This document shows positions 21,526-29,834 of a DNA stretch of 64,000 bases, piece after piece (positions within the stretch are counted from its first letter, which is position 1; every line of letters starts with the position of its first letter). The stretch is from an uncultured delta proteobacterium (GTDB taxonomy: Bacteria > Desulfobacterota > Binatia > Binatales > Binataceae). The translations under genes were made by a program, and so were the position numbers. Location of the stretch: positions 2,112,001 to 2,176,000 of the forward strand of contig CAWEEQ010000004.1 in the NCBI GenBank assembly GCA_963808235.1. The letters run 5' to 3'. Under the pieces are notes generated by a model. It was not told where the DNA came from, searched no databases, and saw only the letters and a list, made by a program, of their open reading frames with translations.

Positions 21526-22666
21526 TCAGTTGCTATATCGCTCGGACAGATTCGCCGCCCTGGTCAGCGCGGCGTTCCAATTCTCGAAGCGTTCCGGATA
21601 TTGCGCGAGAAGCGCCTTTGCGATCTCATCGAGCGTAAGCTTCTGCAGCATGAGATCGAGCACCAGGCTGTCGATCCGCGAGTCTTCGTTGGGCTCCGGA
21701 ACAAAGCTATGTGCGCGTTTGCGCAGGCGGCCGGGCGAAAGCATTGCGCCATCGAAGGTCGATTGCCGAAACCGGGCCTTCACTCGCTCGCAACTCGTCA
21801 CCCGCGTTTCCCACGACCATTGGTAGTCCGACCGGACGAAGGCGGCGCGGAGCTGAACCTCGACCTGGTCGCCCGCCATCAGTTCGACGGCTTCAGGCCA
21901 TGGAAAGAACGAGTTGCTTGTAAACGTGCCGCTCGCCGGAGGCGGGCGAATTGGAATACCCCATCCCCGGGGCGGTTTCGCAATCAAACCAGGTGCACAG
22001 ACCGTGAGCCGTGGCGGCTCGATCGATCACCCACCGCATCTCGCCGTCAACGTTGATGCCCGCGAGGTTCTTGTAGTCCAGGGCCACCCATCGTTGCGGT
22101 GCCGCGATCAAGTCTTCCGCGCTAAGCCGAAATCCGAAATTGTTATTCACTGCTTTGAGACGCGCGCGGTCGAAATCGAATTGATACTCGTTGCCCCACG
22201 CACCGATGAACTTGTCGTAAAGCTCGCGGCAAGAGACAGGCGCGGCCCATATCGTGTCGCGTGCCGGGATGATCCAGCCGTCGGGCTTCAGAAATCTGTC
22301 GCGTGCGTCGAGAATCGAAACGATACTCTTGCCGAAAAGCGGACTGCCGCCGCGAATGTCCGCGACGATACCGTCGACCTTCTCTGGAAGATCGATATCG
22401 GTCGTCATCGCCTGAATGAATTCGATGCGGTCCGAAAACCCGTTGTCTGCCGCGATCTGCTCGGCGAGCTTGATCACGTCATCAGGTTCGACCGCGTAAA
22501 CTTTGCGAGCGCCGGCACGACACGCAAGAAACGCCATGATTCCAGGTCCGGCGCCGATATCCAAAACGACCGCGCCTGGCCGGACGTTAGCCCTCAGCGC
22601 GCGGTCATAAGATGAGGTACGCCCTTTGTCGGCGACCATTTCGCCGTAGGCTACGAGATCATACAT
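21526..22666 (-). CDS. PRMT-like SAM-dependent methyltransferase (~379 aa; +1 frameshift near 21910)
   Basis: EMVAD..RT..Y, VLDIGAGPG, KVYAVE, LPEKVD, ARDRFLKPDG; ORFs 21893-22666 and 21526-21987 join at RHVYKQL/FFPWP. Confidence 0.85.
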
Positions 22667-22684
22667 CCGGGCGCTTGAACCGGC

Positions 22685-22856
22685 TCAAGTATTGTCGGAA
22701 GTGTGGGTCCCGTCGCCAGTATCCTGCATAGTGTTTCTGTGCATCATTTTGGTGATGGACCCTAGATCGCCGTAGACTTGTACCTGCGGTTTGCCATACG
22801 GCTTCTTTCCTTCAGGGCTCACTGCTCGAGTCGTCCTTCTGATCTTCCAAAACCAT
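22685..22856 (-). CDS. Lasso peptide precursor A2 (leader ...KKPYGKPQVQVYGDLGSITK, core MMHRNTMQDTGDGTHTSDNT)
   Basis: Hand-translated; YxxP..G....T(-2) lasso leader motif. ATG 22856 needs a 1-nt correction, but an in-frame GTG at 22822 gives an intact 45-aa ORF. Not in the ORF track. Confidence 0.9.
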
Positions 22857-22876
22857 TGTTGCTCCCTCCCGACTAT

Positions 22877-22978
22877 TCAGTTTCGCGATGTTAGGTAACC
22901 ATAATAAAGTTCGCCCCCAGCCCCTCTTTCATCATCTATCTCGGCGACCATTTCGCCGTAGTTTACGAGATCATACAT
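22877..22978 (-). pseudogene. 33-aa stub starting like the methyltransferase (MYDLVNYGEMVAE vs MYDLVAYGEMVAD)
   Basis: Direct similarity to the first 13 codons of the gene starting at 22666; part of the tandem duplication. Confidence 0.6.
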
Positions 22979-22998
22979 CCTGATCGCTTTAGACCTTT

Positions 22999-23173
22999 TC
23001 AGGTGTTGTCCGAAGTATGCGTCCCGTCGCCAGTATCCTGCATAGTGTTTCTGTGCATCATTTTGGTGATGGACCCTGAGATCTCCATAGATTTGTAACT
23101 GCGGTTTGCTATACGGCTTCTTTTCTTTGGGTCCGACCGCCCCATCAACATCCTTCCGACTCTCCAAAACCAT
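22999..23173 (-). CDS. Lasso peptide precursor A1 (57 aa after removing 1 nt near 23078; same core as A2)
   Basis: MVLESRKDVDGAVGPKEKKPYSKPQLQIYGDL-GSITK-MMHRNTMQDTGDGTHTSDNT*; GATCTCAGGGTCC here vs GATCTAGGGTCC in A2 shows the extra base. Confidence 0.88.
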
Positions 23174-25008
23174 TCCTCAATCCCTCCTGACCATTCAATT
23201 TCATGACGTTAGAACACCATAACCAATGATTAAGAACAACCGGCCGCAGGTTCAGCCAGAACTCCCGCGCGTCGGTGGGCATCGTGCCTGGCACCTTCCG
23301 CGGATCCACGTACTTGAGAAGTTCTCCGGTCGGAACCAGCGGCGGCATCCCGGCGCGCCGAACGGCTTGAAATAGCGGAGATCTCAGCCAGCGGCGCCTT
23401 GTCCCTGCGAACCACTTCGTCCGGCAATATATTGCGCATCGCCCGCCTGAGCAAATACTTCCGCCGACACCATGGCAGAGCAGGCACCGAAAGCATATAG
23501 CGGAGCAGTCTCAGATCCACATACGGATGCCAAAACTCCACCGGCGCTTCCGTGAAACCGGGATCCATCGATTCGAACAACCTCGACCACGACGCGCTGG
23601 CGAATGACCCAAACCCAACGGGTCGGACCGGATGAAGCGAATTTGTGGGAGATTGCACCGTCTCCCATCGAGTGCGCGCGTGAATCCTCGATGCGAACTC
23701 ATCGTCAAGCCAGGGTGGAAATCCCGGTTGAGGCACTTCACCGCCGTTGCGCGTGACGTAAGATGCAATCGCCGACGTGGGAAGAACCCGCCGATGTGCG
23801 ATCGCATGCTGGAAAACATCTCGTATCAGTCTGCTCCAGAGGTGCTGTTGTGCCAGGTAACGGAGATACGGCTTCCATTCGTACATCAGCGCGTTGTCCG
23901 AGCCCTCTCCATAAAAGAACACGCGTCCATGTTCGGCCAGTCCGCGATATTCCTCGAGTTTGAACGCGCGCTTGACGGAATAGACTGCCGGTTCAGGAGT
24001 CCGAAAGGGACGGCTGTTCCACTCCCAATCTATTTGCTTGTCGTCGCACGATCGGTAGTGAATCGGAATACCGAGGTGCTGGGCGACCAACCCCGCATAG
24101 TAACGCTCCTCGTCAGGAATCAGATGATCGAAGACGTTGGTGAAGGCCTCCACCGCCGGTCGACGCTCCGAGAACTTGCACGCGGCCGCCGCGAGCGAGG
24201 TCGAGTCCAGTCCGCCCGACATGAACACACCAACCCACGGGGTGCGGGTTCGATCCCGGACTGCAAGCGTCAGTAATTCCGTGAAGCGATCCACGTAATC
24301 CGAGCTGCGCTTGTAGAACACCGGCTCATCGACCGGCATCGACCAGTAACTGCGCGCGACGCAATTGTCTTTTGAGATGGCGAGTGAATGAGCAGGCGCT
24401 AACCGCTGGATATCGGAAAAAATGGTCGTGGCTTTTTCCTGGTTCGTGCCGAAAAGCAAAAAATCGGCAACCGCCTGCTCGTTCAGCTTGCTGGAAACAT
24501 CCGGATGCCGCCGTACGCAGTTCAGAGTATTGCTGAAGACGAACGTTTTACCGGATCGAAAATAGTAGAAAGGTCTGACCCCCAGGTGATCGCGAGCGCA
24601 AAACACCCGTCGAATATGTCCGTCCCAGATCGCGAAGGCGAAATCGCCGAGCAAATGCTCTACGCACTCCTCTTTTAAGGCGTGGTATGCGTGCAGGATG
24701 AGTTCCGCATCAGGCGCCGCGGACACTACCTCCTGACCCTTTGATTTTAGCTTTTCAACCAGGTTCTCGCGGTCATCGATGCGCGCGTCAGCCGTGATCC
24801 AGACTTGGCCGTCCAGACTGAACGGCTGATGCTCCCGCTCGGACTCCCAGGTGGTCCGCAGCATCGTATGACCGAAGCCGACATTCCCCTCGATCCACAT
24901 GCTCTGCGCATCAGGACCCCGGAAGGCCTGATGATCGGTCATCTCCTTGAGCAATAGACGGTCGACCGGTGCGCCGTCCAAATTGACTATGCCGACGATT
25001 CCACTCAT
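23145..25008 (-). CDS. Lasso peptide cyclase (asparagine synthetase-like, C protein); +1 frameshift near the C-terminus
   Basis: Begins MSGIVG, lacking the AsnB catalytic Cys; ARDHLGVRP, SGGLDS PP-loop, FYGEGSD, HPYVD, KYLLRRAM..ILPDEVVRRDK; adjacent to the precursors. Confidence 0.9.
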
Positions 25009-26858
25009 TGCGAATTACGCGACTCAGCGGAAAGAGCCCGCGAGGAACCCTTCACCTTTTCCGGTTTGTTGGCTGGCAGCGCCCCGCTTACGACCTGCTG
25101 ATAGAAATTCTCCAATGCCACGACACTTCGCTTGTCCGAATAAAGTCCCTGCCAGCCGGCGACCAGACGTTGAACGACGCGCTCCCGCCATTCCCGATCG
25201 AGCCCAAGATTGACGGCGATCTCAACGTAGTCGGATTTGTCGCGCGCGATAGTCTCGGTCACTCCGAGCTGGGTCAGGATGGCATACGAGTGCCGGCCGC
25301 GCATGAACCTTCCCGGCAATGTCACCACGGGCAACTTGCATGCGATCGCCTCGAAGGTGGAATTGCAGCCGGACCATTCGATGTTATCCAGAAAAATGTC
25401 GCAGAGAGAATTGAGGTTCCAGTAAGTGATCTCGTCAACGGTTGGTACGAATACCACGCGGTCGGCAATCGGCACTCGGGCCGCGGAAAACGCTTTGTCG
25501 AGTCTTCGCTGGAAATCGTTTTTGAGCGCCTCGTTCCACGCAATGAAAACAAATTGCGCGTCCGGTACTCGCTTTGCGATCGCCGGGAACACGTCATCGT
25601 GTTGCGGCAGATACTTGATAGTCGACTGGCATGACAAGTAGGCGATAGCGTCGTCCCGAATCCCAAAATCCGCTCGCGTTTTGTAAAACAAAGCTCTGGG
25701 AATCACCGGCTTCCGGTAACAGATGCCGATACCGGGCAGAGAAACCAACTTTTCAGTATAGAAGCTCTGCGCGCCCTCAGGCTCCATCAGATCACTCGAC
25801 AAAAAGTAGTCGATCGTAGGCAGTCCCGAGGTCATGGGATGGCCCCAGGTGGTGCATTGGATCGGAGCCAGGCGCAGCGCTCCCAGTTGGGTCATTCGCG
25901 GATCCATCCCGATGTCCAGGAAGACCAGGACATGTAACTGATCCGAGAGGATCGCGCGGCAGGTCTCTTCCAGATCGCCCGCCAGGTGTCGGAAGCGGAA
26001 ACTTGCGCGCCGCGCATCCTCGGTCCGGCCGTCTGCCTCACTTCCGAGGTAATAGGAAAAAATCTGGAATCTGTCTCGACTGTGTTCCTCGAGCCATCCC
26101 AGGTGATCCTTGGCGACGCTATGATTGCGCAAATTGGCCGAGACGTAACCGATGCGCAGCTTGCCGTCATCCGGCGGCATTCGAAGCCGCTGCACCCAAT
26201 CCGGATAGTTCGCCGCCATGATGCGATGCGCGACGTCGCCGTACATCGCCTGGAGTGTTCGGTCATCGTGCCCTTGGTACGCGAGTTGAAAATTAACGTG
26301 ACGTTTGAGTCCCGCCAGGCAACTCTCCCTTTCCTCCGCAGTGTCGAGGCGCAGTCCATCCGCGATTTCGCGTAGACCTTCGGTGAACCGGCAGCGGTAC
26401 CGCTCAACTTCATCCGAATCCGAGTACAACATCGGCAGGAGCAGTCCCTCCTGGAGCTTGAATAAGAAATCGGAAGGAAACTTCGCGCGCGCAGCCCGAA
26501 CTATTTCAAGGGCGTCCGCGGTGCGATTGCTGTCTTCCAGGAGCCGGATGCATCGCCGATAAAGTTTCACCGGCGCCGCGCACTGCTTGATCCCCGTTCG
26601 AAGCGTGTCGATCGCGGCTTCGTACCCGCCAAGCGCCTCCTGACATCGCGCCGCCTCCATGTAGGCTTCCGGATCCCGATCGCGAACTCGCAACTCTGCG
26701 CAAGCCTTCTCCAACGCCGCCAGGTGCGCTTTGTGCTCTTCGACTTTGAACGATTCGCACTGTTGCCTGAAGATGTCTTTCACAGAATTCAATTGCAAAA
26801 AACTCTTCTCATGCAGTGCTGGAAATCTTTTCGTCGCTCGCGCGACCGCCATCGGCAA
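25005..26858 (-). CDS. TPR + GT41 glycosyltransferase (O-GlcNAc transferase/SPINDLY-like)
   Basis: N-terminal TPR-like helices; LRIGYVS..LRNHSV, RLAPIQCTTWGHPMTSGLPTIDYF, DIFLD..WSG.NST.EA...LPVVTLPG..MRGR. Confidence 0.9.
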   Translation of the reverse strand: MPMAVARATKRFPALHEKSFLQLNSVKDIFRQQCESFKVEEHKAHLAALEKACAELRVRDRDPEAYMEAARCQEALGGYEAAIDTLRTGIKQCAAPVKLYRRCIRLLEDSNRTADALEIVRAARAKFPSDFLFKLQEGLLLPMLYSDSDEVERYRCRFTEGLREIADGLRLDTAEERESCLAGLKRHVNFQLAYQGHDDRTLQAMYGDVAHRIMAANYPDWVQRLRMPPDDGKLRIGYVSANLRNHSVAKDHLGWLEEHSRDRFQIFSYYLGSEADGRTEDARRASFRFRHLAGDLEETCRAILSDQLHVLVFLDIGMDPRMTQLGALRLAPIQCTTWGHPMTSGLPTIDYFLSSDLMEPEGAQSFYTEKLVSLPGIGICYRKPVIPRALFYKTRADFGIRDDAIAYLSCQSTIKYLPQHDDVFPAIAKRVPDAQFVFIAWNEALKNDFQRRLDKAFSAARVPIADRVVFVPTVDEITYWNLNSLCDIFLDNIEWSGCNSTFEAIACKLPVVTLPGRFMRGRHSYAILTQLGVTETIARDKSDYVEIAVNLGLDREWRERVVQRLVAGWQGLYSDKRSVVALENFYQQVVSGALPANKPEKVKGSSRALSAESRNSQ

Positions 26859-27790
26859 GGTCGGCGAGGATCCGGGCGCGAACTTCCGGAAGCAGCGCGA
26901 GGTCTCTTGGATACGAAATTCGTTTCACTGGCACTTGAGAGGCCAGCTGCCGCGATTTCGAAAATAGTTGCTGCAGACGTTCGCGGATCAGTCATCACGC
27001 TATTAAAAGTGTGGCGAATCAGTTCGACTAGCGCCTCGCGCTGAGAAAGCGTGGCGATCTGGATGCGCTGCTTGCGAAAGACCTCGCGCGGACCGCTGAG
27101 CACATAAACGGTGTGCAACGGCACCGGACTGGCCTGGTGGTGATGCTCTCCGAGCGGCAGTACCAGCTTCTCCGACCAATCGTTCATGCGCACGCCCTCG
27201 CCGCTCAGACCCAGGCAGCGGCGCGCCACCCACGGGAACACCTTGATTCGAGGTGGACCCGGCTGTGCCTCAAAACCGCCCGACGACTTTTGCGATACCA
27301 GCAGCAGATCGTCGGTGAGCAGCCGATGCCCATCGCTTAGAAATGTCGCCGCAAGCGAGGACTTCCCGAATCCACTCTCGCCAACGAATGCCAGCGCGTC
27401 CCCATCCAACACAACCGTGCTCGAATGAATCGGCTCAAAGCCCTGCTTCACCAGCGCAAACGACAGCGCGCGCCCCAAAAGGTAGACCTGCAACGATTCA
27501 CGAGACTCCGCACCGAGCCACCCGAACCAGATCCGGCGTCCGTCGCCATCCACCACGAACTCACAAAGGCCATCCCAGCGCAGGTAGACCTGATCATTGT
27601 CGAGGATAGCGTACTCGTACTGACGGTACGCGGCGGACTTCAGGAGCGCATCGCGACTCTTCTCACGAAAGAAGCTATCCGATTCGCTGAGCAGGTCGAC
27701 GTCCGGTTCCCCGATCGGGGAACCTTCCGCGAAGGAAAGCTCGACGTCGCTTCGCAGACGAATTCCGTAGATTTCATAGCGGTGCGTCAT
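26809..27790 (-). CDS. HPr kinase-like peptide kinase; +1 frameshift near 26980
   Basis: IHSS.V, P-loop GESGFGKSS, LLTDD; corrected C-terminus RLQQLFSKSRQLASQVPVKRISYPRDLALLPEV. Confidence 0.85.
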
Positions 27791-28074
27791 CAGGTGATCT
27801 CGACCAGCCCCTGCTCCGCCAGCTGTTCCACCAGGTCACGGATATCGGCCTCGAGTTGCGCCGCCTCGACATCGTATTCAGCCTGCAAAATGTCATGAAT
27901 CTGCCCGAGAGTCATCGGCTCCTGGATCAGCTGCCAAACCCGCGCGCCCACCGGATCGAGGCCGTAGTAAACGCTGTTCTTGAGATTCAGAATGGCCGCC
28001 TCGCCCTCCAGATCGCACGAAACCTGATCTTTTGACGCGATAACACGTGACTCGATCCCAAGTTTTACGGCCAC
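27790..28074 (-). CDS. PqqD-family RiPP recognition element (lasso B1/E), copy 1
   Basis: DLEGEAAILNL...YYGLDPVGARVWQLI...EYDV...LVEQLAEQGLV. Confidence 0.92.
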   Translation of the reverse strand: MAVKLGIESRVIASKDQVSCDLEGEAAILNLKNSVYYGLDPVGARVWQLIQEPMTLGQIHDILQAEYDVEAAQLEADIRDLVEQLAEQGLVEIT

Positions 28075-28188
28075 TGCGAGCTTCCTCTGTTAAGAGACTT
28101 AAATAACTCTACGTATGTTAACCGATGTTCCGTTCGAGTGTAAAGGCTTTACGGGTTCGCAGCCTTAAAGGTGCCTATTTTACGAAGA

Positions 28189-29373
28189 TTACGTAGCGAT
28201 CTTCAGCAGCCCTTCCTGGATTAGGCGCCGAACCAGGACGACCTTGGACTGCTCGGTGAGCATATCGGGCAGGTCATCGACCCGGAACCGCTCGTGTTTC
28301 GCAACGAATTCCAACGCTTCGGCTATACTTGGAGGACCGCTCACGACGCGCGTACCGAACTCGATACTCGCATTCGAATTCGTTCGGGTTACCCGGATGC
28401 TCCAGCCGAGGCGTCGGACCACCTCGGTGTGAGCCGCTATCGAACGTGCTCGCTCGATCGCGTTGAAATGAGGCTCCGGCGACGTCCGAAATTCGCGGCT
28501 GCGAGCGCCCGCGCATCGCGTCATCGCCTCCATCGCAACCTCGCGTCCCTGTACTGCCTTAAGAAGCGACGCGAACTCGCGCCCAATCTCGTCGGCTCGC
28601 GATTCGTCGCCCGGCGTAAACGACGGAACCGCATGGCGGAAAAGCTCGTTCCGCTCCGCGACGACGCGCAGACCCGCTTCCAGCAGATCGAGCCATCGAA
28701 GCGGGAAAATTCCGATCGTAAGATGCATCGACGGAACTTCGGTTCTCACCGCCTCATGGATGAATCCTCGCGGCAGATAAACAATTTGCCCCGGCTCCGT
28801 TGTTACTTCGAGGACCGGCGTGCCTAGCTCATGCTCCCCGCGTTTCACCACGGTTTCCTGCGGCTCCAGCGGCAACAGGTACTGCGGAGCGTAAACCCGC
28901 CATGACTTCCGACCCTCGAGTTGCAGGATGATCACGTCGTGCGAGTCGGCGTGCGCCGAAAATCCCTTCGCTTCCGACGGCGTGCAGTAAAGATTCACCG
29001 TGACCTTGTGCCCGATATCGAGCGCGACACCGCTCGCCAGCCGCGCCACCGGAGTGCTCCGCCGATGCAACTTGTGCACGCCGATACTCCAGCCCTTGGC
29101 GTAGGCCCGATAGATCGCCGACATGTCGGGGAGCCCGTCCGGCCCTCGCTCGACGGAGTACGACTCGACCCCGTAAGCATCGGACCGCACCATGTAGTCC
29201 TTCGAGCCTGACTCCTGCGCCGTCGTATGATCGAGGATCGCATCGAGGTCGTCGAACGTAGGCATGTCGCGGCACCAATCGGGCATCGGCCTCGCCACAT
29301 AGAGCGGCCGCTTCTCCCAGTACTCGGACCAGAACGTCGCGAGAGAAACCGGATCGATTAGCTGCTGCAACAT
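28189..29373 (-). CDS. JmjC/cupin 2-oxoglutarate-Fe(II) oxygenase (NO66/YcfD-like)
   Basis: FWSEYWEKRP, NLYCTP....GFSAHAD (HxD), QLEGRKSW, YLPRGFIH (distal His); C-terminal winged-helix-like LVRRLIQEGLL. Confidence 0.9.
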   Translation of the reverse strand: MLQQLIDPVSLATFWSEYWEKRPLYVARPMPDWCRDMPTFDDLDAILDHTTAQESGSKDYMVRSDAYGVESYSVERGPDGLPDMSAIYRAYAKGWSIGVHKLHRRSTPVARLASGVALDIGHKVTVNLYCTPSEAKGFSAHADSHDVIILQLEGRKSWRVYAPQYLLPLEPQETVVKRGEHELGTPVLEVTTEPGQIVYLPRGFIHEAVRTEVPSMHLTIGIFPLRWLDLLEAGLRVVAERNELFRHAVPSFTPGDESRADEIGREFASLLKAVQGREVAMEAMTRCAGARSREFRTSPEPHFNAIERARSIAAHTEVVRRLGWSIRVTRTNSNASIEFGTRVVSGPPSIAEALEFVAKHERFRVDDLPDMLTEQSKVVLVRRLIQEGLLKIAT

Positions 29374-29441
29374 CAGATGTTAAAAATTGAGTTCAGATTG
29401 ATCGCAGGCGCGAAGATCGTCACGCCGCAATGCAACGCCCT

Positions 29442-29834
29442 TCACTTCCCCGCCTTCACGTATGCCTCGAGCGGCGGCGTCTTGGCGACGTGTCTAAGAT
29501 CGCGCGCGTTGGACAGTCCTTCGGAAAGCAAGTCCTCATCGCTGATCTCGACCCTGCCGTCCGCGCGCTTCGTGGATACTGACGCGGGCGGCAAAACCAG
29601 GTGCACCGAGTCCGCCGACGAAAGATGAACTTCGAGCGTCGTCTCAGCCGGTATGACGATTCCACACCGCCGCTCGAACACCTCTCTCGGATTCTTTTGC
29701 AGCTCGCGCGCAAAGTCCGGATTTCGCATCGCCTCGGTAAGCATCGCCACCACTCGCGAGCTCCGCATCGAGGCCGGAATCGACAGCACGCAAGCGAGCA
29801 CGAGCTGCACTTCGAGTTTGGGCTGCTCGCCCAT
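29442..29834 (-). CDS. NHLP (nitrile hydratase-like) leader peptide family protein, 130 aa
   Basis: AMRNPDFARELQKNPREVF...G..IP...LEVH....HLVLPP...EISDEDL; ATG overlaps the upstream TAA (TAATG). Confidence 0.72.
   Translation of the reverse strand: MGEQPKLEVQLVLACVLSIPASMRSSRVVAMLTEAMRNPDFARELQKNPREVFERRCGIVIPAETTLEVHLSSADSVHLVLPPASVSTKRADGRVEISDEDLLSEGLSNARDLRHVAKTPPLEAYVKAGK

Larger units (their letters stand above)
22630..23222. repeat. Diverged tandem duplication (~315 bp period) of upstream/RBS + precursor + methyltransferase start
   Basis: Start codons 317 bp apart, MYDLV starts 312 bp apart, homologous upstream segments. Confidence 0.85.

Noticed and set aside
22877-23173. 98-aa ORF as given in the track (…GDLRVHHQNDAQKHYAGYW…)
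   Set aside because: It is a chimera caused by one extra base. Comparison with copy A2 and the synonymous-only differences support the GSITK-MMHRNT frame.
23230-25008. Housekeeping or EPS asparagine synthetase (asnB)
   Set aside because: It lacks the N-terminal catalytic Cys (MSG, not MCG) and sits beside lasso precursors, RREs and B2.
21526-27790. Programmed frameshifting as a regulatory feature of the lasso operon
   Set aside because: No slippery sequences at the shift sites I examined, and similar indels occur in unrelated genes across the window.
29442-29834. Nitrile hydratase alpha subunit
   Set aside because: No CxxCSC metal-binding motif and no beta subunit; only the leader-like region matches.
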